Positions 25,200 to 38,400 of a stretch of DNA of 64,000 nt are shown here, in pieces. A model generated the notes under the pieces. The model did no database searches. It was not told the DNA's origin and saw only the letters and a list, made by a program, of their open reading frames with translations. The stretch is taken from the NCBI GenBank assembly GCA_036172245.1, contig JAYWIR010000025.1:496001-560000 (forward strand), in the 5' to 3' direction. Numbering within the stretch: the first letter of the stretch is position 1; every line of letters starts with the position of its first letter. The translations under genes and the position numbers were made by a program. The DNA is from Raillietiella orientalis. Taxonomy: Eukaryota.

Positions 25200-25975
25200 G
25201 CTATTACCTCAGGAGCTGGTCGCATACCTAGAGGCGCACGCGGCTCTTTAACACTGCTCCATGCCACCCGCGGGGGTGAGTGTTATCCTTCAAGATAGGG
25301 GGAACCCCGGAAAAGGGGTCCCGCCCTACGAATCCAGGAAGGCTCGGAGTCCGTTCCTCTCACGCTTGTGGAGGGATCCCCCCTTTAGGGGGAATCGCAT
25401 ATCCCACCCAAAGGATATCTCCTTCCTCATTCTCTCCGGATGGAGACCCCGGAAGGGGGGCGGTTTTCTCCATTTCATATTCTCCGAAGGGAACCCGCAA
25501 AGGAACCGCTCCTGTTCACTGAAGAGAACTCGAAGGGATGCTTCCGAAATTCAGAAGGGAACTTCTCGCAGGGGAATCTTTCTCGCTTGCTTCCTTGCAC
25601 TCTGTGAAGAGGCGACGACTCGGAGGGACCCCCACAACAGAGGGTGGTACGCTCCTTTAAACAATTGGAGAGGTGCCTGTGAAGGCTTCTGCTCCATCCT
25701 GAAACCGGAGGGGTCTCCCCGGCGTGGGTGGTCCGCTCTCCGTTGTACGACCGGTGGGGGAACTCCCTACACGTCGATTCCTGGAAGGTCCCGAAGGTCG
25801 ACTAAGATTGTTCTGGCCTTGATCATGGGTCTCCCGGCTTAAACGACCACCGGTGCCATGCCCGAATGTCTTGGCCAACCATGGCCATTGCAGGAGAAAC
25901 TCGGAACCCAACGACGCAGTGGCTCAGTTTCTGCCGAAGTATTCGAACCCGCGACGCATGGTGCCACGCGGGGAA
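25200..25975 (-). mobile_element. tRNA-headed SINE-like element, copy D (more diverged)
   Basis: Minus-strand GGTTCGAATAC (25949-25939) with flank gcgtggcaccatgcgtcgcg matching copy A. Contains ttcctggaaggtcccgaaggtcgac and ctccgaagggaacccgcaaaggaaccgctcc units. Confidence 0.6.
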
Positions 25976-26789
25976 GCCTTGTCCACAAAGCCTCCGACGC
26001 GGGCTTCCCGTGAGCTGTCACGGCCATGGATTGCCCCTGCTGCTTTTGGGCGAAGCCGGGACGCGAGTGGGGGTGGAGGGAAGTGCGCGACGAGGGCCGT
26101 GGAGGGTTGAGTCCGTACGACCAGCAAGCTGGGCCGCGCTAAACGGGTGGTCCTGTCCAAGCGGAAGACCTGAGGCTGAGGAGGGAGGGACATTGCGCGG
26201 CAACAGGGTCGCGACTTCAGATCGGCGCGGCATACCTTTCCTCACCCTACCACGGGGAGATGCAGTGGTGCTCTCGGCACCTCGCCGCCCCCTGCCCCCG
26301 AGGCGCTTACAGAACTGCAGACCTGTCGCCAGTTCCGACCCGTGGAGTGGAATCGGAGGAAGGGCCGTGGAGGGAAAAGCGAACGGGAAGAGGTCAAGGC
26401 CGCGACCTTCCTCCCTCCCCCCTTTCGTGGGCTGAGGCCCGGTCATCCTCGACCCGCGTATTGCGCTCGCAGAGCCTCGTGTCCGTTCCACTACGTGACC
26501 CTCCTTTCCCCAGTTCCCTTTTCCCGGAGACTCTCCGGAGACTCTGACGCGAAGAGGGGCAGATGGGCTACGCCTCTTCCCCTTGTCCCCTCTTTGTAAG
26601 CTCCGGCGAATCGACCTGCAGCGTCCTCGGAAGGGAGTAGGGGGTAATCCCGGAAAGCGCCCTCGGATGGGATGACCTCTGGAACCTCCTCCTCCCCTCC
26701 TTTACAGTCGATGGCAGCCCGGTCTCCATCCTTTATTCATCTTTCGAAGGACTCCAGAAGGAATGGGGAGAAGAAGGAATGCAGGAGCT

Positions 26790-29037
26790 TCAGTCCTTCT
26801 TCAGCATCAGCTCCAAGAATTCCTCCCTGGTCCTGGGGTCCTCCTGGAAGGTCCCGAGCATGCAGGACGTTACCGTGTTGCTGTTGACCTTCTGCACGCC
26901 CCTCATCACCATGCACATGTGGCTGGAAGGCAGGGCGTGGGAGAGGTCTCTCAAGAGGGGCGGTCGCCCCTCCCCCTCCCGGACGGCATCCCTACCTACC
27001 TAGCCTCCACGACGACGCCCACTCCCTGTGGCTGGATGGCGTTCACCACCGCCATGGCGATCTGCTTCGTCAGCCTCTCTTGAACTGCACTCAATGGAAG
27101 GTGGGAAGGGCAAGGAAGGGGGGAGGGCGGGAAGAAGGGGGATCGGAGGGGGGGGGGCGCGTCTCAGGAGCCTCGGACCTATTCCCAGAGCACTCACCTT
27201 GCAGGCGCCTGCTGAAGAGCTCCACTATTCTGGAAGAGAGGGGAAACGGCGGGGATGAGTGAGCGGGGCCGAAGGAAGGGATGTGCGGTCCCCCCTCCAA
27301 CCCACTTCCCTCTGGAGCGAGGAGAGCGCGCCCTTGCCTTCACCCCTTTCCGCAGGAGGGCAGGGAGAACCGAGGACGCTCAGGGGTGGAGCGCGTAGCA
27401 CGCGACGGGGGCTTCGAGGAGGGCGGCCCGGACGCACCCGAGGACCCTTGGTGCTCCCCCCCTTTCGTTCCTTGGCTACCCTAGGAGCGCCCAGCAACCA
27501 CTGAGCGGCCCTCCCTCCTCCTGTGGCCCCCCAGTGGAAGAAAGGTTGGAGGGACAACTCACGAGCAACCTTCCCCCTCCCTCCTTCCTTCCTTGGGATT
27601 CTCCCGCCCCACCGGAAATCGTCCCCATCCGAGTCACCTCGAAACAGAGACCCTTCCCTCCTCTCGGGAAGCTTTCCGCTTTGCGAGCAGAGCTCGTTCA
27701 AAGGAGAGATCCGGGAGATCGGCTCCAGGGACTCGCGCAGGATCCACTGAGGCATCATGAGGGGAGAAGAGAGGAGGACACTCTCGGAGAGACCACTTCC
27801 TCCCCGTCCCACCCTAACCCCTTCCCGAGCAGAAGCGCGCGCCTCCCCCGCGCTCGCGCTGCCACCGTGAAAATAGCGAGGGCTGGAAGAAAGCGAACAC
27901 GAAGGAGGAGGCATAGCTCCCGGAAGGAGTTGTGTCCCCCTTTCCGCCTCCTCCCTCCTCTCCCGTCTCATCACAAGAGAAGGGAGGAGGGGAAGAGAAT
28001 GAGAAAAGGAGGAGGAGGAAGAGGAAGAGGAAGGAGGAGACGAGGAGAAATGGAAGGGGAGGAAGAGGAGGAAAGAGGAAGGAAGGAGAAGAGGGCGAAA
28101 CACTCGAGGACGGGGACGGAGGCCGCAGCGTGCGGAGGATCAACCTGTACGGAGCACACCCCGCCGCGGAGGACCACGGGCCTCGCATGAAGGCGCCACC
28201 AACCTGGCCAGCTTGCTTATCCCGAGGATGCGTTTCCGTGGCAAATAGCCGATGGCCACCCTGCCGATGATGGGCACCAGGTGGTGCTCGCACATAGAGA
28301 ACATGTCGATGTTCTTGACGATGACCATCTCTTCGTGATCCTCTCGGAAGATGGCGTTGTTCAGGATGCCTGCAAGGCGAGCGGAGGGGAGAGGAGAAGC
28401 GATGTGCCTCTGGACAGCAGGAGGAGGAGGATGTTGGTCCGACGGGCTCCTTGTCGCGCTTGGAAACCCCTACTCATTCGAGGAGGGAGGGAGGAAGAGT
28501 GGTAGCTCACAGGGGGGGGAATCGCGAGGTGGCCCCTCTGCGCCGAGCGGTAGGGAGTAGAGGCACGCCTTCGGCAGCACCAGGATCGTATGCTCCCGGG
28601 TACCAACTTCCTTCCCCTGGGAGGAGGAGAAAGACTTCTAGCCGTGCGGCAGTTCCTCTCCTCGTTCGCCTCTGGGTGGGAAAGGAGGCTTCGTTCTTCC
28701 CCTTCCCTGGGTGAAAGGGAAGCGGCCATGCGCTTTTCCGGGACCCCGCTTAGTCGTCCGTCGGTGTCCACTCGCGAGGGTCTTCTTCCCCACTCCCCTC
28801 CCTTGCGCCCCCTCGGAGGAAAGGGGCGGGACGGCCGACTACCTTGAAGGCTCTGCTTGTAGCCTTTCATGAAGAAGAGCATCGCGTTCGCGGCCCTCTC
28901 TGGCGTCTTCAATAGTCCCTCCCTGTTGGCGTCCTCGCCGATGTGCTTCAGGATCTCCCTGTAGGTGTCGGCGAGCAGGGACATGGTCGTGGGCTCTGTG
29001 TGGCACATGCGTGCCTCTGTGGCAGTGACGGCAGCAT
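26790..29037 (-). CDS. GCH1: GTP cyclohydrolase I (Punch orthologue), five core exons
   Basis: Minus-strand exons 29037-28843 (...[55 protein letters not shown]), 28369-28204 ([56 protein letters not shown]), 27229-27198 ([10 protein letters not shown]), 27084-27000 ([28 protein letters not shown]), 26922-26790 ([44 protein letters not shown]). All introns are GT-AG with compatible phases; Zn ligands in CEHH and HMCM are intact. An in-frame ATG lies at 29008, but a strong acceptor at 29040-29038 implies an upstream exon. Confidence 0.96.
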
Positions 29038-30331
29038 CTGCAACGAGGAAGACAAAGAAAAGGAAAGCTTCAATTCCGAAATGCTTGCGACCGCTGCTGC
29101 TCCAGACTCCTCCTTCCCATCGGACGCGTCGTGGGGAAGCCAGGGAGGAAGCCGGCTAGTCCCGTGAAGGAGGGCAGCCTCCGGTTGCGCAGATACGGCC
29201 AACCGTCTCTCCCTCTTTCCGTGCGCCTCCCCCTCGGGAAGGGGCAGCAAGATCCAAGGGTGTCTCGACGACCGGGGGAACACGCCCCGGGGACGGATGA
29301 TGACCTCGAGGGGCGATAGGAGTGGACCCGAGAGGCCAATCGGAACTCCAGCCCAGGGAGAGAGGGGAGCATTGCTGGGATGCTGCGCTCCTCCCCTCAG
29401 GGCTCCCATGTCCCGCATGGTCACACGGCAGACGACAGGACGCGCCGTCACCGCTGCCGGAAATAGCCGAAAGATCGACTTCATCCGGGCACACACGCGG
29501 ACGGCAGCGTCCGAAGGGGGGAGCGGCAGTTGCCGCCAGCAGTGAGGAGAATCGTGATCGCCCCCTCTCGGCTTCCACCGCCACCACCCCGAAGCCGCAC
29601 ATCTCAAGCCAGGCAATCGCGTCCATTGAGTTTTTCCGACCTCTCGCCCGTGACAGGATTCTCGCCATGTCCGGGCCGCTCCCAAGCTGATGGAAGGCCG
29701 GCGCGCGCGCGCGGGTGGTTTGCAGGGAAGAGGTGAAGGCGGTGGGGTGGCCTCCCCCGAGCGCAAGAACATGCGAAGGGAGGTCTCCGCCACGGGAGCT
29801 GGCGAGGCCCGGAAAGATTCCAGCAGCGACAACAACGCTCACCGGTTGCCACGCGACAGACGACAACCGAGACAACGGAGGTGGAAGGAGGAGGAAGAGA
29901 AGGAGGAAGGAAGAGGAGACGAAGAGGAAGGGAAGGGGAGGAGAAAGGAGGAGGCTAGAGACCAGAATTCCTCCTCCCCTTTCCTTTCTCGTCCGTTGAT
30001 CTCTTCGACCCCTATTTTATCACTCCTGCCTTTTGACTAAGGTCAAATAGTGTGGAAGGAAAAGGCTGAGGACCGCCTGGCCAGGTCGAGGAAAGAAGTT
30101 GGCCGCCACAACAGGAGAAGCGACGAAGGAACACTTCCGGCACTCGGGGCAGAGAGCGCGCGCGGATCGAATTCCGAAACCCCGCTAAGAAGAACAGAGG
30201 GGGAGGAGCTGCAGCCACTCTTTCGCATCCGGAGGCGATACCAGGATGCGGTCAGGACCGCGTCCGTCGGCCACCAGAGCGCCTGGGAGACGCAATGCTC
30301 GCGGCCAGCATCCGTCGACCCTCCACTTTAC

Positions 30332-30449
30332 CGGCTGGTCTGCCGCTCTCCTCGGAAACCGCGCGCGCAGCTCGGAGCTGCTCTCCAGGCACGCGGAACA
30401 TCCGCGAGACCGTCGGGAGGATGTGCCTGGTGTGCATCACGATAAGCAT
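30332..30449 (-). CDS. GCH1: Candidate proximal first coding exon of GCH1
   Basis: ATG at 30449 (or 30437) reads MLIVMHTRHILPTVSRMFRVPGEQLRAARAVSEESGRPA, then G|GTAAAG. This phase-1 donor matches the phase-1 acceptor at 29037. It lies ~100 bp downstream of a CRE and CCAAT pair. No homology support. Confidence 0.35.
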
Positions 30450-30551
30450 CAGACGCGCGCGCGGGGACGGCCACACTGGACTGTTCCGCGGAACCCGCAC
30501 GCGGAAACGGCGCCGTACGAGGGCGCGCGCGCCGTTCCCAATGACACTCGG

Positions 30552-30646
30552 TGACGTCAATCGACTCGCACTGCCGGGCAGACTATCCGGCGATAAATGG
30601 CAGAGAGGGGGGAGGCATTCGAACCGGTTGATTGGCCCGCTATTGG
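30552..30646 (-). promoter_or_regulatory. Candidate GCH1 promoter module: palindromic CRE plus two CCAAT boxes
   Basis: TGACGTCA at 30552-30559; ATTGG (CCAAT on minus strand) at 30631-30635 and 30642-30646; CpG-rich context. Confidence 0.4.
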
Positions 30647-31249
30647 CGCCTACGTGGGAGCGTACAAGAGACCGATTCAGGCAAGATGGAAATGGGCACC
30701 TCGGCGAGTGGGAGAGCAGGAGAGGCAGGAGGGGGGGGGAGAGAACTCCCCATGCGAAAGGAAGCGAGGAGGAGGAGGAGGACGGGAGTTGCTCCTGCCG
30801 GATCGCTGTATTCTATCCAACCGAACCAAACGGGTATCCGCGTCGATGGGCCTTGCGGCAGCAGATATCCCTACGGGACCGGACGTGCCTCTCAGCCGCA
30901 CACTGCCATCCATCCCAACCAGATATCGATCCTCTTTGCTCGTCTCGCATCCGCTCCTCCCAACACGACGATGCTTCGGGAAGTCCACTTCCCGGAGAAG
31001 TAGTCGCGAGAAGGGACAGAGTCCGATCTGCCGCCGCCTCTTCTGCAAGCAACGAAAGAGTCGCCAACCCTGGGAACTTGCTTCCCAGGAAGTAGGAGAG
31101 CGCGAGGTCCGCAGGCTGAATCACGGATTGACCTGCCTCCCGCACGGATGACCACACTCTAGATCGTCCCCATTTAGCAAAGATAAATGGGCAGTCGCAA
31201 TCCTGCTAAGGCATGAAAAAGGTGGGGCTGACAGTGACGACGGAGGACC

Positions 31250-32450
31250 ACGAAAAGAGGGACCGTTTGGAGAGATGGACAGACACTCTTTGCAGGTCTT
31301 GTGTTAAGCATAGCGGCAGTGGAGTCGGTGGCCCTTAGGGTCAGACAAGGACTCCGGCTGGATGGAGGTAAAAAATGACCGAATCGATACGCCCTCTGAT
31401 GAAAGGGTTGCTCGCAGGTGGAGGTAACAGCAGGTCCATCCTGTTTCTTCATCCTCGGAGCAGAATGTCCCAGAGAATGCTGTTGAGGAGACGGAAGGGC
31501 ACATACGGATCCTGAGAGGACTACACATCTGGAAAGCACACCCACGCGAGGAAATTGCCTACTCCTCATGGGAGATGAGGGTCACATGAGAATGGTTCTC
31601 CTTAAGATGTCGTTGCCTGGCTGCTGACATTCTCGGAAGACCAACACCGCTCTCAACAGAAAGTTACGCCCAGTTGCATCCCTGAGTAGTTATCTACCGC
31701 CATCAAGCTTCTTCGCACCGTCCCTCAGCTTTTCTAGACTCTCACTTCCTCCTAGGTTACCCCGGCAACCTACAATTCACTTTCCCGAGGGGAAAGTGAA
31801 ATGAGATCCCAGGGTCGTGCATTCTATTTCCCAACTTCCTTCTTCCTAACATCCAGGATGTCCAGAACTGATACTCTGCTTTCTTTCTTTCGAGAAGAAA
31901 AAAAGGGATACAAGACTGGAGCGATTTGCGGGACTCGGAGGTGACCACATCCATCGGCATGAAGGCGCAAAACCATGAGGGATGAGCGTGGTTATAGGAG
32001 TTATTTTACAATGCCGAGATGACTGATGGCCTCACTTTATAATCAGAAACAGCACCGATGGGCCAATAATTTGCGAACGCTGCGGCTCTCGTGGATGATT
32101 ATTATCATTAGACACCGATTCCCCGAATACCTACAATTGTCTTATTAGCATGGTGGAGATCTACTCCACCCCTATTTTATCATTTCTCCATCCCTATCGG
32201 TCACGATCACGTTCATATACCCGACAGCGCTTAGAGACATCGCCTCTCCTGTAACAGCTCGATCGACTTCATCCATCCAACTAATCGTTGCCTGCCTATC
32301 AACTTCACACCTGGAAAGGCCTGCTTTCCCAACAGTCCCGTCCTCGTGCAGGAATAAACTGCATCAGCAGCTATCCATTGAATTCCCAGAGATGCTCACG
32401 GGATCTCTCCGTAAAGACAAACACCCGACGTCCCGTCCACACACCGTCTT
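31250..32450 (-). mobile_element. Possible decayed Penelope-like reverse transcriptase
   Basis: Minus-strand echoes in the expected order: CLYGEIP (cf. LYGLPK), MSLSAVGYMNVIV (cf. VSFDVxSLYTNVP), LDILDVRKK (cf. FLDIxIxR), ISFHF (cf. YLHF). Composition is less GC-rich than the gene-proximal flank. Confidence 0.3.
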
Positions 32451-35400
32451 TTGCGGCGATGCCTTCTCTTCGGCGCTGTTCGTCAGAACTACCCATCAGA
32501 CACGCCCTAATTAATGTAGCGTGTTTCATTGCCTCGCATCAAGAACTCTCCAGGCATCACCCATTATGGATAGGTCACTTTTCTAAAAGTGAAAAGGGGG
32601 ACGGAGAAGGAAAACTCCTTCGCGGCGTTTGAAGTGGACATGCGAGACAGGACGGGCGTGTTTCCTATCCAGAGCAGCGCAGTACGGCTTACCATCCCTT
32701 AACCTGTCTACTGCGCATAACAGACCATCGCTTCTTAGAGTAATCTGCTTTGACATCTGCCCCGCCCTTTTCACAGTGCTTTCCAAAAGCACCATCCATC
32801 CTTTCGCTTTTCCGAGAGGAATCATCTGCGTGCATCTATCTAATTGGGCATTTCAATGAATGTACGCACAGATACGATCAGATGAGCATGCCTTTCTTCG
32901 ATATTTATCGATACTAGCAATTGGATGAATTGTACACCCACTCGGCGAGGCACTCACCGGTAGACGCTGCCCTGTTCCGGTACAAGTTCTCAGTATACAA
33001 AAAAAGAAAAATTGGGGCCCCCATTTCTGCAGAGAGGGAAACACCGACGAACGATCGGCGTATACGTAGGCCGACGCCTTGGCGAGCAAAGAATCCACTT
33101 TGACCTGTCATGTGGCCTGGCTCCGAAGTACGCCGCACCAAGGGGACAATTCGCATGCTGCGTGCATCACGAGTTTGGTACTTGATGGCAAATCAAACTG
33201 CCGCGCACCGAAGGATGGAAAGCGGACGGACGGAAGAGTTGGCGTTCTCCTGTTCCAAACTTCCGTCTCCCCGCTGTCGAAAAAAAGTCCTTCGTTGTCT
33301 ATCTGAGAGGCAGGTTTCCGGCATCCTTAAGTCACACAGTGAGAGATAGCAATGTTCCGAGTATTCCGCGAAGGAAGAGCGAGTGTCTGCGGATCAAAGA
33401 GAGAACCACCGGCCGATTGCAAAACGTGCGGGAGAAAATAACTTGGATCCAGCGGGCCCCCGGAAAGTCTGCTGGGAAACCGATCCAAGCCATCGCTTAT
33501 TTTTGGCGGCGAGGCACCAGCGCGAGCTCTCCCAGTAGGGTGTTTGAGACAGCTCTCGTGAAAAATCGGACTTCCGACAGACCGAAGGTAGCGGACTGAC
33601 TTTTTTCTACTTGAAGAAAGCAAACAGGGAAGGAAGGAAGAAAGAAATTCAGGACGGCCACACAAAATCCGGAACTGGACGTCTCCTGACTCCTTGGAAT
33701 CCCAAATCGAAAACGCACTCTGTTCAAAGCCGCCTTCGAGGACACCGACTCTCTGGACGCAATCGGAAAAGCATAACATGACAGCGGGCCGAAGCGGACC
33801 TTGCTGCTGGTCCACCTGTCAACAATTTCCTACTGTATGCCTACGAAGCCACTCCGAAGAAAGGGAAAAGAGCATTTCTTCTCGGATTAGCACGATGCCT
33901 CTGACGCTTGGGACAGGGAACAGGTGTGACGTTAGAGCACTGTTAAGGCGGGGTTTTGATTTCGGCAGGAGGCACTTACAGAGCGCTCAGTCCTGAGCCA
34001 TAAATTTGTTAACACATCAGTAAGCGGGCATTTTTGTGTGTGTGCGTGTTTCTCGCATCGACCACAGGCAAACAAAGCATCAAAGACTTGCATCGGTCTC
34101 GAAACGGCGTCCGCCCACGTGCCAGCCACGTGATCATCACTCTCTGCTGAGAAAGGCTTTCAGCTCTGCGGGATGTCATTTGCTTGCATCTTTGAACAGT
34201 TCAAAAGAAGCACCCGCCCACAACTACGCGAAGTGCTGTAACTTCCCTGCTTTTCAGAACCAAGGTCCAGCGATCTCCAAGAGCTGACTCGAAAAATCAA
34301 GAAGGCGGGACAAGATATTTTTGGCTAACGCGTTGGAAGGCGATCGACTTGGGAAGTCATCGGGCCGAAGATGTGAAGGGCTACACGGCAAACGAGCTCA
34401 AGAAGGCAGAAGAAATCTGGAAATTTCGCTTTCGACGGACGAAGGCAGGAACTTCAAAGGACTCGGGCAGCCCTCCCGTAGATTATGAGACGAAGATCAT
34501 TGCATTAGAGAGACTGAAATGCTCCAGATAAAGGAAACCGGATGTGAGTTTGCAAGAGAGGTCAGGTTTCGAGAAGACGGTTCCGAACTCTCCGTGGCTT
34601 TCTAGAAGACACCACAAGCACGGCAGTTTGGGAGTGGCCCTCCTTGGAGCTGCTCGCGATGCACCTCGAGCCATTCCTTCGGCGCTGGGTTTGGCTCGTG
34701 GTGGTCCAAAACGCGAAAGCTTAGATGCTGCCGCAGCATCGACTGGATAGCAACCAAATGCTCATTTATCCTGACTTCCTGGAGGAATGACCGAGCGATT
34801 ATGAAAGTCGAAAAGCAGCTAGATTTTTATGGATCCCGCAAGCACTACATCATAATCCCAAGCGATGGTGAAACTGTGAAGAGTGAATAGCTGGAACTCG
34901 CAATGAAGAAGGTGATCGCTAATCGGCTGTTCTTCAAGACTAGTCTATGTGCAGAAGTTTCGGAAGTAATTTATTCCATGCTGATTACGGTATGACGTGA
35001 GTAAATTACGGGTATCTCTGGTCAGAGGTTCTTCTCCGTGTGGAGTAAAAAAAATGAAGCATATGATGGTCATTGCGTCCTTAGAAGCACTCAAAAGAAG
35101 CGATGACTAGGGTAGAAACGATTCTTAGAATCACAGGCTGTTTTCCAGTTCTTTTATGGAAGCCAAACGTGTGGAAGGAACTCTGACTAGAAAACGGATG
35201 GATCAATTTCCCAGTCAAATGATGTTCGGAGCAAACCATGCAGAAGTTGGCTGGCATCCGTCTATATCAATCTTCCATAGGGTAACCGCAAACCGCCAAA
35301 AGAAATGTCATATCCTCGAAATATGTAAACTGAAACTCCGCTTTGGAAATGAAGCCACACTTTCGTGCATCTGAATGGAAAGAACAGCCAGCCCGCTTGG

Positions 35401-38400
35401 CCAAACGACACGTAAACGGACGCCAGGAGTAATCCTGGCCGTCCGAAAACCAAACCATCTCTCAGTTTCTCTGAATCTGGCCTTCAGAGATGATCTTCTC
35501 GGTCTGCACCGCAGAATAAGTGGTTGTCTGTACATGAGGAGAAGTTTTGCAGCTGCTTTCTTGGAGAAATCGTCGATTCCGGTGCAAGCTCGGTGCCCGA
35601 GCCCAGTGGACTGCGTGCAGATGGCCGCAAAACGCTTAAACATGCAGCTGAAATCAACACGAGCGTGCAAAGTGGTTGACATGCGAGGACATTGTCCTTA
35701 GGATGGCGTCTCTTCACTATCACAGGTTGACAGCTGCGAAGCTTCCTACGCCGTGTAATGTACGATGCAAAACTGAGGACAGAGGTGGGCACGGTCACGG
35801 TAGTGTCCTGCAGCGTTTGCACAGTGTGGCACGTGCTACACAGCGTACGAAAATCGGTTTCCATTCTACACGAGCGCATATGTGAAGTCACATGTGCCAA
35901 TTATTATGGTTTTCAGCTAACCTACTATAAAGGTGTGCCATTCGAACTGACAAACTCGACCTGCATATAGTCCTATTCGGAACCAAGAGATCGCCTGGGA
36001 TTAATTATCCTGGAATCTTGTGCGGTTCAATGAACCCCCAAGGATATCCATTTTTTTAATACATATCATCATCATCATCATCGTGGCAAGCAAAAGAAGC
36101 TCGAAAGACGTGTTTCAACGCATTCCAGTCTCGCTCCTTGATGGACCTGCTTGCAAACTTTGCCATCAAATAGGATTCAGATGTCTCGTCCTTGCAAAAT
36201 ACAATTCCCAAGTTGTTGGAACACACACACACACAACACACACACGAATCCTTTATGGAGGAAATTATCCGCCTCCAAGCAGGGAAATGGTCTAAATGAA
36301 AAACGGAAGCATTTTATAGAGGGGTTTATTACTGGACTAACAGGAAAGCCAAAGAAAATTTAGCAATGCGAATGCGGGTGAATGCGGCAGCAGCATCCGA
36401 AGAGAAAATTGCACCACCACCGGCGGGCTACTAAGAGGAATAGCGGCTTTGCAGAGTGCAACCGCGGGGAGGTCCGAGCTTGGCGAGCCCTCGCGGGCAA
36501 AGTTCGCCAAGTCTCCTGCCTGCCTGCGCCACGGCTCGAGATGGAGCGGGGAGTCGCTGGGGCGCGATTCCTTGGCGGGAACGGCGTCACGATGACAGTT
36601 CCCATTTCTTGCGCTCTCGCCCTGATAAGGAAATCATCGAAGTGATCACTTATCAGTGATTGCACGTTGCGGGGTTTCCACTGGGCTGTGTGTTCGCGTC
36701 TTCTTTTCTTTCTCCTCCCCTCCCCCTCCTCTCTCTCTCGTTTCTCCCGCTTCCCCCTCTTCCCTTTTTTTTTTTTTTCTCCACCCCCTTTGGTAGGCAA
36801 ACCATTCACTCTCCGATTCATCAGTTAAGCGATTGTGCCAGATGCAATGGAGCCGGGCAGCACGCACGTAATTTCTGCAATCGCACTCGCTGCCCGGGAG
36901 ATATTGAAATGAGATTCATGAATGCTGAGCGCATGGATCGTGGGGGGAGGAGGAGGACGTGGCTTCTTTGGGAAAGATGGAGCAGGGTTTCCCACAGGTT
37001 GGTCCAGGGTGCCAGCCGGCAAGCGGGAGAGAATCATGGCGAGGGCCCCAGTCGAGCGGGCGAGCTGAGTTGGCGGGCGCCACAGGGCTTCCACTAGAAG
37101 AAATGGAAAACCGTAGAACTCGTGCTGCCCAGGAGTCTTCCGTTGCACGGCGCCATTTGGGCGAATGGAGGAACCGCGTGCCATGTCGTACGCAGGCAAC
37201 AATCGATGGAGGCGAAAATAAGTCATTAAAATCCGCGTTTCGAGGCTGCTGCCCGTTCACGTGGAAGGTTCGCAGATCCAGACGATGATAATGAGGGCAG
37301 AAGGGAATCGGACGAGAAGTTTGGGGTCAGCGGAGCGCTCCGGGAGGAGCGCGAACGAACGGGGTGTTCCCGTTCAGAAGACGTGGGAGAGATGCGAGGG
37401 CGTAAAGAAAATATGGCGCCGGCAGAATTTCGCCCAAGCCCCAAGAGTGAGCCACAACAGCACGGAGAGAAATTCCGTTGGCGGCGACTCCGCCTGCCAC
37501 TTGCAGTCATCGCCAAAAAAAAAAAAAAAAAAAGGCATTTAAATTCGGATTGGGCTGCCACGTAACAAAACACACGCGGAACATGACGAAAATCTTCAAG
37601 CGTTCGAATAAATCAACTTCAGGGAGTCAGCAGCGATCCAAATAAATAAAAATAAATAAAAAGGGACATCACGTTTCCTCCAAGATGGAAACAGATGCAA
37701 AAAAAAAAAAAACACGGCAGTCATCACGGAAATCGAACGGGAGAATGCAACCCCTTGAATTACTCGTAGCGTTGTGACACAGGAAGGAAGGAAGTTGATG
37801 AACACAAGTGGCTGCTATCTTGATTGCACGCTCCTGAGGAGACTCATTTCGTGGACGTGACCTTCCACACGGCGACGCACCAAGTCACGAAGCGAAAGGT
37901 GCGAGCGAGCGAGCGAACCTCCTCCCTCTGCCACCCGTCTGCTTGGCCGCTCTTTCATCAAAAAGAACCAACCCTCTTGGTGATCCCTCGCGATCAGCGA
38001 ACGTGCTGCTGCTGCCCGATGACCGCACCTTCGCGCTCCTCGACGCCGCCGTTCCTCGAAGGCGGAGGCGGAACCACATGGTCCAGAACGGATCCTCCGG
38101 AAGGGGGGGTGGGGAGTGAACGACAAGCGGAAATCGATCGAGCAAGTGAAAGTCTTGCATTCTGCACCTGAGGTGCTGCTGCTGCTAGTGGCTGGCTGCA
38201 GTAGGGCCGTTTTTTGTTTGTGTGGTCGGTCGGCTCCGCGCGCGCGCGCAAACAACGGGGACGGAGCTTCGGTGGTTCGTCGAGGACTTCCGTCGACGCG
38301 ACTACGGTCGAAAAGCGAACGAGCGAGCGACAAGCAGGGGTGGAAGGAAAGAGGAGTTGAAATTCCTCGTTTTTTTTTTTTTTTTTTGTTGTTGTTGTCC

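Noticed and set aside
33700..34560. Possible integrase relic (HRPQAN, cf. YHPQxNG)
   Set aside because: Only one or two weak motif echoes; probably transposon debris but not supportable as a call.
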